NCBI GenBank assembly: GCA_963716395.1
Contig: OY970309.1
Span: 1,056,001-1,120,000, forward strand
Reading direction: 5' to 3'
Source: an uncultured Fibrobacteria bacterium
GTDB lineage: Bacteria > Fibrobacterota > Fibrobacteria > UBA11236
DNA length: 64,000 bases
Part shown: positions 42,360 through 52,817 of the stretch, one piece after another
Position numbering within the stretch: position 1 is the first letter of the stretch
Layout of the letters: every line of letters begins with the position of its first letter
Made by a program: the position numbers and the translations under genes
Notes under the pieces: model-generated
What the model was told of the DNA's origin: nothing
Seen by the model: the letters and a program-made list of their open reading frames with translations, nothing else
The model's database searches: none

Positions 42360-43313
42360 TCAGGGCGCGGGCCAGGGGTGGTAACAGGCCACTCCCGCTT
42401 CCATAGGCGGTTCTTCGCGCCCGCACCGCTCCGACGCGCGGGCACAACGGGGATGAAAGCGGCAGCCCGAAGGCGGTCGGCGCGGATTGGGAACCTGTCC
42501 CGGAATTCCCCGCAAGGGCTGATCGGCGGGAATGCGGGCGGGGATGGAATCGAGCAAGGCCTTGGTGTACGGGTGGCGCGGAGACGTGAACAGGCGGGTG
42601 ACCGGCAAGACCTCCACCACTTTTCCGGCGTACATCACGGCCACGCGATCGGCGACGTTGGGGACCGCTCCCAAATCATGGGTGATGAACAGCAGCGCCA
42701 TGTTCCGCCGCTCGGCCAACGCGCGCAACAACCGGAGAATCTGCGCCTGCACCGTGGCATCGAGGGCCGTGGTGGGTTCGTCGGCCAGCAATAATTTCGG
42801 ATGCAGCGCCAAGGCCATGGCGATGAGCACGCGCTGGCGCATGCCGCCGGAAAGTTCATGCGGATATTGCCGCCATTGGCGCGCCGGATCGGGCAACCCC
42901 ACTTCGCCGAACAATTCCAGCACGCGCAGTTTGGCCTCGCCCGCCGAGCAACCGCCGCGCACGCGCAGCGCTTCGGCCGCCTGGGGACCGCAGCGCAAAA
43001 CGGGATTCAGATACGCCATGGGATCCTGAAACACCATGGCCAGGGAGGCGCCGCGCAATTGACGCCTTTCGGATTCGGGCAACGCGAGCAGATCGCGGTC
43101 TTCGAAACGCAAAGCGCCCCCGGCAAAATATCCGGCCGGCGGCAGCAACCCTATGATGCCCAGCGCCGTGAGGCTTTTTCCGCAGCCCGATTCACCCACC
43201 AAGGCCAGGGCCTCGCCGGCCGCAATGGAAAACGAGGCGCCGTCCACGGCGCGGGCCACCCCGTCTTCGCTGTCGATGTAAATGCGCAGGTCTTCGACGG
43301 CCAGCAGCGGCAT
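42360..43313 (-). CDS. Oligopeptide ABC ATP-binding protein (OppD/DppD)
   Basis: [36 protein letters not shown]. Confidence 0.93.
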   Translation of the reverse strand: MPLLAVEDLRIYIDSEDGVARAVDGASFSIAAGEALALVGESGCGKSLTALGIIGLLPPAGYFAGGALRFEDRDLLALPESERRQLRGASLAMVFQDPMAYLNPVLRCGPQAAEALRVRGGCSAGEAKLRVLELFGEVGLPDPARQWRQYPHELSGGMRQRVLIAMALALHPKLLLADEPTTALDATVQAQILRLLRALAERRNMALLFITHDLGAVPNVADRVAVMYAGKVVEVLPVTRLFTSPRHPYTKALLDSIPARIPADQPLRGIPGQVPNPRRPPSGCRFHPRCARASERCGREEPPMEAGVACYHPWPAP

Positions 43314-43345
43314 GCGCGAAATATGCAATTTGAAATCCCGACGCC

Positions 43346-44008
43346 ATGCGCACCGTGCTGCTCCTCGATCTCGACCACACCTTGTACCCTTCGACCTCGC
43401 CGACCCTGGCCGCGGTCGACGCCCGCATCACCGCCTTCGTGCGGACACGATTGCATCTGGACCGCGAAGCCGCCGACAGCTTGCGGCGCGAGTTGTGCGC
43501 CCGCTTCGGCACCACCTTGAAAGGCCTCGAAATTTTGCACGGCGTCGATCGCGAAACCTATTGCGACTTTGTGCATGGCGTCGACGCTGCCGACTTACCC
43601 GCGCGCAACCCCGCCTTGCGCGCCTGGCTGCTGCGGCTTCGTTGCCCCGCCTATGTCTTCACCAATGCCCGGCGCGATTGGGCCGACCGTTGCCTGCAGG
43701 CATTGGGCCTGCACGATTTGGTGGCCGACGGCGGCGCGCTGCGCGGCATTTTCGACATCGCCTTCGTGGAATGGACCGGCAAACCCGAGCCTTCGGCCTT
43801 TGCCCGGGTCGAACGGCGCGTACGCGAACGGCATCCCGAAACCGACGCCCTGGTACTGGCCGACGACCGCCTCGACAACCTCGCCACGGCCAAGGCGCAG
43901 GGTTGGGAAACGGTCTGGGTGCGGCCCCACGACGTCGGCGGCGAGGAGCATGCGGGACATCGCACGGTGGATTTTCTCACCGATCTCGACCCCGAAGCCT
44001 GGGCATGA
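43346..44008 (+). CDS. HAD hydrolase (pyrimidine 5'-nucleotidase-like)
   Basis: DLDHTLY, FTNA, KP, DD..DNL. Confidence 0.88.
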   Translation: MRTVLLLDLDHTLYPSTSPTLAAVDARITAFVRTRLHLDREAADSLRRELCARFGTTLKGLEILHGVDRETYCDFVHGVDAADLPARNPALRAWLLRLRCPAYVFTNARRDWADRCLQALGLHDLVADGGALRGIFDIAFVEWTGKPEPSAFARVERRVRERHPETDALVLADDRLDNLATAKAQGWETVWVRPHDVGGEEHAGHRTVDFLTDLDPEAWA

Positions 44009-45087
44009 AAATATTCGCCGTGGCCGGCGAGCCTTCGGGCGACCGCATGCTGGCCCGGTTGCTGGCAGGGTTACGCACCTGTTACCCGGATCTGGAAATC
44101 GCCGGAATGGGGGGGCCGCTCAGCACCGCGCAAGGGCTGCCGACGACTTCGGGCTGGTCGCGCCTGGCGGTCAACGGGGTGGGCGACACGCTGCGGCAGT
44201 TGCCTTTTCTCGCGCGCGCCTATCTTGAACTGCGGCGCAATTTGCGGCGCTTCGCTCCCGATCTGGTTTTGCTGGTCGACTATCCCGGCATGAACGTCGG
44301 CCTCGCGCGTTCGGCGACCGCCCATGGGTATCGCGTGCATTACGTGGGGCCGCCGCAATTATGGGCCTACCGCCGTCCCGCTTCCCGCCTGCGGCGCTTA
44401 CGCCGGGCCCTGCGCGGCGTTTCGCTGCAGGTTCTTTTTCCCTTCGAGCGCGAGTTTTACGCGCCCTGGGCCCAGCACCTGATCGCAGGACATTTTTTCG
44501 CAAAACCGCCCGTCAGGGTGCGGGGCTCCCGGCTGCTGCTGTGCCCCGGAAGCCGGCGCACAGTCTTGCGGCGCAATCTTCCCCTCTGGTTGCAAGCCTT
44601 GTTCTCACCGCCGAATTCCGCCGCGCTGAAACATTTTTCCGGCGTCGACGTCTTGAGTCCGCCGCATCTGAAAGCGGAGGCCACCCGCTATTGCCGGGAT
44701 TTTTCCGCCGAGGTTTTGACTGACTTTTCCGTGGCCAAAAACCGCGCTGCGGCGGCTCTGGCTTTTCCCGGAACCATGACCCTGGAGCTTTTCTTGCACC
44801 GCCTTCCCGCCCGGGTGTGGGCCGTGCTCGACCCCATCACCCTGCGCGCGGGACGGCGGGTTTTGCGCCATCCTTGGACGGCCCTGCCCAATCTGCTTTT
44901 ACAAAAACCGGTTTATGCGGAATGGGTCGGAACTCCCGGCGACTTCCGCCATCATCCACCGAAACTTCCAGCGGAATGGCAGGAAATTCTTGAACTTGAT
45001 AGCGCCGCCGTCTGGCAAAAAATCGGCGCTCCGGCGGGCGAATCCGCGGGAGTGGGCGTCTGCCGCGAATTGTTGCAGGCGATGTAA
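44005..45087 (+). CDS. lpxB: Lipid-A-disaccharide synthase-like protein
   Basis: AGEPSGD, DYPGMN, PPQLWA, FPFE, PGSR, GTMTLE, LPNLL. Confidence 0.8.
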   Translation: MKIFAVAGEPSGDRMLARLLAGLRTCYPDLEIAGMGGPLSTAQGLPTTSGWSRLAVNGVGDTLRQLPFLARAYLELRRNLRRFAPDLVLLVDYPGMNVGLARSATAHGYRVHYVGPPQLWAYRRPASRLRRLRRALRGVSLQVLFPFEREFYAPWAQHLIAGHFFAKPPVRVRGSRLLLCPGSRRTVLRRNLPLWLQALFSPPNSAALKHFSGVDVLSPPHLKAEATRYCRDFSAEVLTDFSVAKNRAAAALAFPGTMTLELFLHRLPARVWAVLDPITLRAGRRVLRHPWTALPNLLLQKPVYAEWVGTPGDFRHHPPKLPAEWQEILELDSAAVWQKIGAPAGESAGVGVCRELLQAM

Positions 45088-45195
45088 TCCCGCGCGGCTG
45101 CGCATAGCATTTTTCCTGGCGTCACAACTGGAATTTTTTTGGGTTTATGCCCTGGATTTTTGCTTTTTCGGGCTTCCGAAGTCTAAAATAAACCG

Positions 45196-46683
45196 ATGTC
45201 TGAAACTCCGCCCACGGCGCCGGAATCGGTCGCTGCAAAGCCCGTCGCGACCCCGGAAACGCCGAGCAAAAAAGCCGATGCCGAAGCGGTGCGGCCCGAG
45301 GACTACCTCGACCTTCGGGTCTCCGCGGAGCGGGCCACTTTGCTGATCAAGGCTTCGGTGCAATTGACGCCCATCGAAATGACCGTGGATTTGCTCAAGG
45401 CCAACCTTGCCCGGACCAAGATCAAAATGCCGGTCGACGACAATTTGCTGCGCGACATCATCGACAACAAGCAGTTCGACAAAGCCCATGTTCTGGCCGT
45501 GGCCAAACCCGTGGTCGAGGGCAAAGACGCCGGCATCGAAGAAATGGTTAAAATCGATCCGGATATCACACCTAAAATTTTGCAGAATGGCCGCGTGGAT
45601 TATAAAAACATCGACAACATCCATACCGTCGAAGCCGGAACGGTATTGGCGGTGAAACATCCGGCCACCTTGGGCGAAGAGGGAATGGACGTTTTCGGCA
45701 AGGTGACTCCCCCCAAGCCGGGCAAAGATGCGCAGTTCAAAGTCGGGCTTAATGTCACAACCTCTCCCGACGGCTTGCAACTCATTGCGGCCACGGGTGG
45801 GTTTCTCTATCGCCAAGCCGGCGCGATTTGCATCGGCGATGGATACATCGTAAAAGGCGACGTGGGTTTCAAAACCGGCAACATCCGTTATCACGGTGTG
45901 GTGCAAGTGCAGGGCGGCGTCTGCGAAGGCTTCACGGTCGAGGCCGACGGCGATGTCACGATTGACGGCAGTGTCGACGGTTCCAGTGTCACTTCGCGCC
46001 AAGGCGGTGTTTTAATCAAGGAAACGGTGTTCGGGCACCACCGCAGTCATATTCGCTCCAAAACCAAAATGCACGTGACCGCCGCGCAAGATGCGCATTT
46101 GGAATGCGAAGGCGTTCTCGAAATCAAAAAATTGCTGCGCAACTGCCAGGCCGCCGGGGGCGAAGTACATGCCGAAGCCTCGGGATGCGTGATTCAAGGC
46201 GGACGCTTGACCGCTTATGGCAACATCCACCTTGCCGGTGTCGGGGGCGAAGGCCTGCATACCGAAGTCGGCATTATCGACCGCGAAGCCGAGCAGCGCC
46301 GCCAGGATTTGGAAAAACTGAAATCCTTGGCGGCGGTGAAAGAAAACCAGGTGCGGGCCTTGGAGCAGAAGCTTAAAGGCATGAAGGCTTTGACCAACAA
46401 GCCCAATGTTCAAATCACCGAACGTATGGCGGCCGAACTCAAAACCTCGGTGCAAAAGCACGCCGACTTGCAACGGGAGTGGCAGGAAGTCATTCAAAAG
46501 AGAAGCGAACTCGAAGGCGCCATGCGCTCCGCTCAAAACCATCCCGGTTTCATCGCCATCAAAGAAAAGGTGTTGGGTTCGGTAAAAATCAATCTTTACG
46601 GTCACGGCTTTGAATTGGGATCCGAAGACGGGGGCAAAAAATGGCTATGGGCGGAAGACGGGGTGGTTTCAGCGCCTTTTTGA
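45196..46683 (+). CDS. FapA / DUF342 family protein
   Basis: P.EGKD, GRVDYK, G.DVFG, GDVGFKTGNI, coiled-coil C-terminus. Confidence 0.85.
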   Translation: MSETPPTAPESVAAKPVATPETPSKKADAEAVRPEDYLDLRVSAERATLLIKASVQLTPIEMTVDLLKANLARTKIKMPVDDNLLRDIIDNKQFDKAHVLAVAKPVVEGKDAGIEEMVKIDPDITPKILQNGRVDYKNIDNIHTVEAGTVLAVKHPATLGEEGMDVFGKVTPPKPGKDAQFKVGLNVTTSPDGLQLIAATGGFLYRQAGAICIGDGYIVKGDVGFKTGNIRYHGVVQVQGGVCEGFTVEADGDVTIDGSVDGSSVTSRQGGVLIKETVFGHHRSHIRSKTKMHVTAAQDAHLECEGVLEIKKLLRNCQAAGGEVHAEASGCVIQGGRLTAYGNIHLAGVGGEGLHTEVGIIDREAEQRRQDLEKLKSLAAVKENQVRALEQKLKGMKALTNKPNVQITERMAAELKTSVQKHADLQREWQEVIQKRSELEGAMRSAQNHPGFIAIKEKVLGSVKINLYGHGFELGSEDGGKKWLWAEDGVVSAPF

Positions 46684-46947
46684 CAAGAAATTAACCGATG
46701 TGACCCTTTAACCGTCTTTTCATCGCTTTTTGATTTCGTCGAATGGAATTGATATTTAATTGACCGTTTCTTTCGAATTCATTTCTGACCCGTTTTCTGC
46801 AAAATTTAAAGCCCCGTACACCCTGTTTTAAAGCTTTTTTTAAGAATTTGAGGCTTTATTAGGCCTTTTTGCCAGAAAATCCAGTTGTCGCTGGGGTTTT
46901 TCAGATCATAGTTTTCTTTGCGAATAACGCGCTTCTAAGGAGTTTTT

Positions 46948-47829
46948 ATGGCTGCGCTCGCTTCTTGGATTGGAACATATAAGCCGATTTTGGCTTTGTT
47001 GTATTTATCCGCTTTGGGTGCTTTATGTGTATCCGGAGTGGATGCTTATTTGAAAGTACCTGTTGCACCCGGAGTGCTTTTTGTTTTTATGGCCTTCGTT
47101 TTCGGCATTTATTTGCTGAACCGTACCACCGATTCGGATGAAGATATTCTGAACGATCAAAGTCGCATCGTTTTTTACATGAGCCGGAATTTTTATTTCG
47201 GATTGGCCTTGGCCATCCTTATGGCTGATGCCGTTTTTCTCGTCGCCACGCAAAAATTCCATTGGATTCACGCCGTACTCTTGACATTCGGCGTCTGCTA
47301 CTCCTTTAAGGTGATTCCCTGGATTGCGAAAAATCACCGGATGATTTTTATTCGCATTAAAGAAGTGATCTGGCTGAAGAACCTTTCGGTGGCCCTGCTG
47401 TGGGGGGGAAGTGTCGTGATTATTCCTTCGGTCTATTCCGGAGTTTCGCCCTTTTCCAATCCGGTTTTGCTTCTCATCGGTTTGGGGCTTTTCATCAGCA
47501 GTTTCAACAACACCTTATTCGACGACGTACGCGATCTCGAAGGCGATCGGGCGGCCGGGATTAAGACCTTGCCGACGGAATACGGCGTCCGCTTCAGTTA
47601 TCTGCTTTTGTTCGGTCTGGATGTGATTTGGAGCTCGGCTCTGGTTTTTATTTGGAAAGCGGGCATGCTGAATTTTCGTTGCACCGCGTTTTTGGAATGC
47701 CTGTCGATTTATCCCATGGTCTATCTCGGCCTGTTCAAATTCGTTCCCGGGCAACGCTTCTGGAACAGCTTCTTAGCCGAGGGCGATTTATTTGTTTTCG
47801 GATTGGGACTTTTTCTGATTTCCCGCTAG
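46948..47829 (+). CDS. UbiA family prenyltransferase
   Basis: Multi-TM; NRTTDSDED and DDVRDLEGDRAAGIKTLP aspartate-rich motifs; KN..VA..W. Confidence 0.88.
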   Translation: MAALASWIGTYKPILALLYLSALGALCVSGVDAYLKVPVAPGVLFVFMAFVFGIYLLNRTTDSDEDILNDQSRIVFYMSRNFYFGLALAILMADAVFLVATQKFHWIHAVLLTFGVCYSFKVIPWIAKNHRMIFIRIKEVIWLKNLSVALLWGGSVVIIPSVYSGVSPFSNPVLLLIGLGLFISSFNNTLFDDVRDLEGDRAAGIKTLPTEYGVRFSYLLLFGLDVIWSSALVFIWKAGMLNFRCTAFLECLSIYPMVYLGLFKFVPGQRFWNSFLAEGDLFVFGLGLFLISR

Positions 47830-47831
47830 TC

Positions 47832-49625
47832 TCAAACCGCGATTTCGGGCACCGCGTTTTCCTTTATGCGTTGCGCGGCGGAATTGCCGGTTACCAAGTT
47901 CTGAAGCACATACTCCTCGGAAAAATCCATGGGGGTTTTGTTGCCGCCGAAGTCGTAAACATACAGCGAGCCTTTTTGCTCCGAGAGCAAACAAACCTTG
48001 GAAAACGAATCCTTTAATTTGGCGAAATGCATTTTAATCGTTTCTCCGCTGGCGATCACGGAGAGGGCTTTGCGCTGAAAGTTTTGCTGTAATAGTTCAT
48101 TCACATTTTGCACGAAGTAAGGGGTGACATAGACATTCTGAAACACGCGGATAATTCCGGCAATATCGGGCAACCCTTCTTTGATGACCATAATGGGTGA
48201 TTTGCGATCAAAATCTTTGGCCAGATCTTCCGAGAAGTTGGGAAAGGTGATTTGAAATTTCACGCCATGATGGCCATCCTCGGCCAAGTTCTTGGAATAA
48301 AGACTGATATGGCCACCGTGGCTTTCGATGATGGTGCGGGAAATGGAAAGGCCCAGCCCGGTGCCTTTACTGCCGATTTTCGTGGTGAAAAAAGCTCTGA
48401 ACATATTTTTCAATTGCTCTTGGTTGCAGCCGATTCCGTTGTCTTCGACGGTGACTAAAATGACGCTCGTGGTGGCTGAAACCCTGACTTTTATTTCCAG
48501 TTCCTCGCCGGGATGGGCCGCATCAAAAGCATTGCCGAAGAGGTTGGTGAAAACTTGGTGTAATTTATCCCAATCTCCCGGTACCTCATAATCGCGTTCG
48601 CAACCGTGAAGCTGAAAATGCTCGCGTTTTTCCGAAAAATTGTCTTTAATCACATCACGAATCAGTGCCGGAAGGTTGAGGGGCTTTTTATCCCGCAAGA
48701 TATGAGTTTTCGACAATTCAAGAATATCCTGGCTGAAATTTTGCAGCCTGGTTACAGATGAGATGATATGCCCCAGAAGCTCTTTACCTTTCCCCGTGAC
48801 CAAATCCATATCATGAATCAATTGGGCATTGCCGGAAATCATGAACATGTAATTCTTGATTTCATGATTGATGATAGCCGTAGATTCGCCGAGTTGGCGA
48901 AGAGATTGGGATTGTTGCAGGTCGGAGTAGGCGGATTGGAGTTTTTCTTGCGCTACGTTGCGATCGCGCAGAAGTTGCAAGAACCGTTCGGTGAAAACCA
49001 TGACATACATAACTCCCATGGTAAAAATCCCGATGATTTTAAAACTGGGAATGATGCGGGTATTGGGATTAACTATTCCGGTCATGTCGGCGATGCCTGA
49101 AACGCCCAAAACTATAAAGCCGGCCAAATGGAACCAGATGATTTTTCTCTCATCACCGATAGCGTGGCGTAACGCAGCGATCAGAACGTAATTGACGCAG
49201 GCTACATAATAAAGTGCTAGCGGAAAGAAGAGAACATAATATAATGGCCCTCCTTCCACTTTGCCTTCATGAATCCCCAACATCCAATTCGAAAAAAGAA
49301 GAGGGAGGCAAACGACGTTAAAGGCTACCATGATTTTCAAAGGAAGCTGACTCTTCCACTTCGTCATGATCAGGTGATAACTGATTGAAGAGATGGTAAA
49401 AAAGCCCGCAATGACATGCAGCATTCTTTCCCAAAACAGCTTGTGCTCCAATGAGCCATGGCCAGGGCTAATCCAAATATCAATGGCCGCCATCAGAGAA
49501 AGCATAATCAGGGCGGCTCCAAAATATCCGAAGCTGCGATCGAATTTGGTTCGGATATCAAGAAGAATGAATAACAGCCCGGCGGCCATTAAAAAAGAAC
49601 AGAGAATTTGGAGTACAATTTCCAT
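47832..49625 (-). CDS. Sensor histidine kinase with N-terminal ~7TM domain and a C-terminal extension
   Basis: NHEIKN H-box, NLFGNAFDA, DNGIG, FFTTK, GTGLGL. Confidence 0.92.
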   Translation of the reverse strand: MEIVLQILCSFLMAAGLLFILLDIRTKFDRSFGYFGAALIMLSLMAAIDIWISPGHGSLEHKLFWERMLHVIAGFFTISSISYHLIMTKWKSQLPLKIMVAFNVVCLPLLFSNWMLGIHEGKVEGGPLYYVLFFPLALYYVACVNYVLIAALRHAIGDERKIIWFHLAGFIVLGVSGIADMTGIVNPNTRIIPSFKIIGIFTMGVMYVMVFTERFLQLLRDRNVAQEKLQSAYSDLQQSQSLRQLGESTAIINHEIKNYMFMISGNAQLIHDMDLVTGKGKELLGHIISSVTRLQNFSQDILELSKTHILRDKKPLNLPALIRDVIKDNFSEKREHFQLHGCERDYEVPGDWDKLHQVFTNLFGNAFDAAHPGEELEIKVRVSATTSVILVTVEDNGIGCNQEQLKNMFRAFFTTKIGSKGTGLGLSISRTIIESHGGHISLYSKNLAEDGHHGVKFQITFPNFSEDLAKDFDRKSPIMVIKEGLPDIAGIIRVFQNVYVTPYFVQNVNELLQQNFQRKALSVIASGETIKMHFAKLKDSFSKVCLLSEQKGSLYVYDFGGNKTPMDFSEEYVLQNLVTGNSAAQRIKENAVPEIAV

Positions 49626-49764
49626 AGTTTCTCCCGTTTTGGGAATAAATGCTTGGATAGATGATTATTCTATGTGGAAAAATTTGAGTCAACCATTTAA
49701 ATCAGGTGTTATCTATCCGAATTAAAATTTATGTCTGTTGATAGATTATTGATATAGCCTTAAA

Positions 49765-50559
49765 TTGTTGATAGAATTTGTAAAAGTTTGGACTGCAAAG
49801 CGCGTACCGGGGTTTAGTACGTTCACTGAATTGAACGATCCCGGCTTAATAGCCCTTGGAATTGCGGTATTGCTTTGCGGTCTTACGACCTGGGAAACGC
49901 GAAAAGCACGATGGGCTCCGTTTTTCCCCGCCACGGCATTATTAACCTTCGCTATCCCGTTTCTATTTCCGGGTCTCCCTCCCATGCTGACGACACCGGT
50001 ATGGGGGAGGATTTTGTGGACCACACTGTGCGTCCTGGCAGCCAACGTTATTTGGGAATTGGGCTTATGCACCTTTATTTATGAGCGCCTCGTCCTTCAC
50101 CGATTTGCGTTGGATTCCAGCTTCTTTTGGTCTCCTTCGGCCGCCGTTGAATCCTTGTTCTCCCCCTCCGCACACAATTCCGGCTTCGGGAACCAAGAGT
50201 TGGTGGGATTGGCTTTCATGCTCATTTGGGCGCCCGTCGCGGAAGAAATTTTCTATTGCGGTTTTCTTTATTCCGCCATGCGCCAAGACTTCTCAAACTT
50301 CTCGGCCGCAATGGTTACCGGCCTCGCCTTCTCAACCTGTCATGCATGTAGATTGGCCTCCATACGCCCCTTTCCCTGGCCGGCAGCGATAGGATTTGCA
50401 TTTTCGGCCTTTGGACCTATTGTATTCAACTGCTACTTGTTGGAGATTACCAAAAGCCTTCTACCCTTAATACTGGTACACTTCGCTTCAAATTCGATTT
50501 GGGCTGGCCACCAATGGATATGGGCCACATCCCCAATCAAGACTAATGAAGAGCGCTAG
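49765..50559 (+). CDS. CPBP (CAAX/Abi) intramembrane glutamic protease
   Basis: PVAEEIFYCG, FSTCH, HFASN. Confidence 0.85.
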   Translation: MLIEFVKVWTAKRVPGFSTFTELNDPGLIALGIAVLLCGLTTWETRKARWAPFFPATALLTFAIPFLFPGLPPMLTTPVWGRILWTTLCVLAANVIWELGLCTFIYERLVLHRFALDSSFFWSPSAAVESLFSPSAHNSGFGNQELVGLAFMLIWAPVAEEIFYCGFLYSAMRQDFSNFSAAMVTGLAFSTCHACRLASIRPFPWPAAIGFAFSAFGPIVFNCYLLEITKSLLPLILVHFASNSIWAGHQWIWATSPIKTNEER

Positions 50560-51772
50560 CTACTTCTCTATCGGCTTCGATGACCTTGGATCTAAGAAAG
50601 GCGGCCCAGTGAACTCCCGGCGCCAAACAAACCAACCGCACCGGATACAACACATGAATGTAATCGGCGTTTTCCAAATATGGATTACCAATCACTTCCG
50701 CGGGGGATGGCCTTTCAGGCATTTGCTCGAAAATACCCTTCTCCATCAAGAATGGTGATGCCCAAACCAAATCGGCAAAATTATATGGTTTCGGTACTGC
50801 CAGAAAGATTTTCTGGGCCCACTCCGTCCAAGCGGCATCTACAACTTTAAACTGGGCATCCTCGTCCATTTGCTGTTGAATGGACACGTCAAGTCCTGAC
50901 CAAAGGATGGAGAATCGGTTCCAAAAAAATAGCGCCACCCCTGGAGGATAGTATTGCTGAAACCGAAGAGAAGCCAAGCGCCCTTCTTCTGCATGCTTGC
51001 CCAACATACGGAATATTCCTGAAGAAATCTCGGCCGCCAAAGCTTGGGTATCGCGGTGAAGGAACCGAAATGCAGTTGCGAGATAACCAAGAACGTTTAC
51101 ATTCGTAGTAGCATCCACTTCATTATTGTTTTCAAAGATCCAGGTGTAAACGCCGCGGTCGTTCTCTTCGACGCCGTTTTCATAGTTGAGTATGCCTTTT
51201 GCAAACCTTCCTTTTCGGAATACATGTTCGCCGAGAAAGCGAACGAACATTTCCCAATCGTGCGCCCATTGATCTTGCAAGGCAAGTCGTGTCCGAGAGG
51301 CAAACCACGCGCAACTGGAGTAGACGATGCTGGAGGTGTCGTTGTCGGGAACGGCGAAGTCCATGAGGCGCACCAAAAAGCGAAACAGGGGATGGCGCTT
51401 CTCAACATATTCGACGGGGGAAAAATAGGAGTACATCACCAAAGAAAATTCGTCACGCTTGACCGGAACCCCCTGCCGATGCAGACCGGCGAGGGTCTTT
51501 TCGCTTCCGCGACGAATGCGTTCGACGATCTCATCCGATAAGAATCGACTCGCTTCGGTCAATACTTCCCAAACCAACAAATCGTTGAAAAAGGACATGT
51601 GTTGCAGGGAAAGCGGGTTTTTGGGATTCGAGATCAAACAAAAGCCGTGATGGCCGGATTCGCGCCGGGAAAAAAGATAGAGGGGCGCGCCCAAAAGCAA
51701 AGACAGTCGCAGACGGGGAACCCGTTTGAAAACAATCCACCAATCCCGTTTGGTGAACAATGCGTCACGCAC
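50543..51772 (-). CDS. Hypothetical protein resembling a single-domain class II terpene cyclase / prenyltransferase-squalene oxidase fold
   Basis: PDNDTSS (cf. PDxDDTA/DxDT), YTW...NEVDATTNVNVL, QYY. The frame stays open ~60 codons upstream (LLDTFERTGGF) without a canonical start. Confidence 0.5.
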   Translation of the reverse strand: MRDALFTKRDWWIVFKRVPRLRLSLLLGAPLYLFSRRESGHHGFCLISNPKNPLSLQHMSFFNDLLVWEVLTEASRFLSDEIVERIRRGSEKTLAGLHRQGVPVKRDEFSLVMYSYFSPVEYVEKRHPLFRFLVRLMDFAVPDNDTSSIVYSSCAWFASRTRLALQDQWAHDWEMFVRFLGEHVFRKGRFAKGILNYENGVEENDRGVYTWIFENNNEVDATTNVNVLGYLATAFRFLHRDTQALAAEISSGIFRMLGKHAEEGRLASLRFQQYYPPGVALFFWNRFSILWSGLDVSIQQQMDEDAQFKVVDAAWTEWAQKIFLAVPKPYNFADLVWASPFLMEKGIFEQMPERPSPAEVIGNPYLENADYIHVLYPVRLVCLAPGVHWAAFLRSKVIEADREVASALH

Positions 51773-52017
51773 GGGACAAAGGCGAAGGGCTTGTCCAAAG
51801 CCGCCCGTTCTTTCAAACGTATCCAGCAGGCTTTGCGCGATCAGGGAAATTTCGTTGCGGGTGGTTGATTCGTCGTTTTTTGAAATCGTATTGCTCCCGA
51901 TGAAGGCTTTGATTCCTATGCCTGATTCGTGTTTTATTTCCCGCGGTTTGGAGCACTAAATATAAACAGGCGCGATTTATTCCGGAAATGAACACCCCAT
52001 CACCGGATAGATCCCAT

Positions 52018-52812
52018 TCATCGCGATTGACTCCTGTCTTCTTCGGAAGCCGCATTTGATGGCGCCCCCTTTTGATTCGGATTGTCGATTCGCGTTTGCA
52101 AACGTTGCCGCCAGGCTACAAGCTTGTCCCCGTCCACGAGACGGCTGGCGGGAGACAAGAAACGATCGGCCTCGGCCTGCACCTTACCGGTCGCGTATCC
52201 CAGGCGCAGCATCACTTCGGCACGCATGAGAATGAAGGCCGGATCATTCAAATCTCCGATGTGGTTAAGAATGCGCACGTAATAATCGGGATCGGTGGCC
52301 AAACCGTACAAAATGCGATTGTCGTTATATGTGTTTCGTAAACGCAAAGTTGCGGTATCGCGAGGTTCTTCGAATTTAAGCGGCGGCAACCATTTCAATT
52401 TCCACAATTCTTCGTCCGTCAGCGGAGGGCCCCAGCGATCCCGCTGTTCGTCCCAGAAGCTTTGAATGTCTTCCGGCAGACTGAAATTCCACAGAGTGGT
52501 TTCGGGATCCATGCGCGCCAACCGGGAAAAAGTCCGGATCGCCGCCATCGTGTCTTTGGCCAACGCGAGATCGAGGATGCCGAGCATGCGATACGCATGA
52601 ATGAGACAAGGGCGATCTACGCGCAACCTTTCTTCGTTGGCCAAGGAAATGAAATTGAGCCAGCGCCCGTACACTTCATTGAGATCACCGTCTTCGAATT
52701 GCTTCTGAAGCTGAATCGTGTCCAAACAGGGAAGCCGAGAGCGTGAAGCCGTTACCGAATCAGGGTCGTAATTTGAGGCTGCAAGCAGGCCCGCGAGAAG
52801 CAAAGACCACAT
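52018..52812 (-). CDS. Hypothetical secreted helical (TPR-like) protein
   Basis: MWSLLLAGLLAA signal-like start 6 bp after the upstream stop. Confidence 0.65.
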   Translation of the reverse strand: MWSLLLAGLLAASNYDPDSVTASRSRLPCLDTIQLQKQFEDGDLNEVYGRWLNFISLANEERLRVDRPCLIHAYRMLGILDLALAKDTMAAIRTFSRLARMDPETTLWNFSLPEDIQSFWDEQRDRWGPPLTDEELWKLKWLPPLKFEEPRDTATLRLRNTYNDNRILYGLATDPDYYVRILNHIGDLNDPAFILMRAEVMLRLGYATGKVQAEADRFLSPASRLVDGDKLVAWRQRLQTRIDNPNQKGAPSNAASEEDRSQSR

Positions 52813-52817
52813 GGCCT

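Noticed and set aside
14093-46605. Long overlapping or antisense ORFs (e.g. 16750-17949, 25515-26765, 29457-31013, 33721-34926, 5' part of 43282-45087)
   Set aside because: Shadow frames of well-supported genes in GC-rich DNA, with no motifs.
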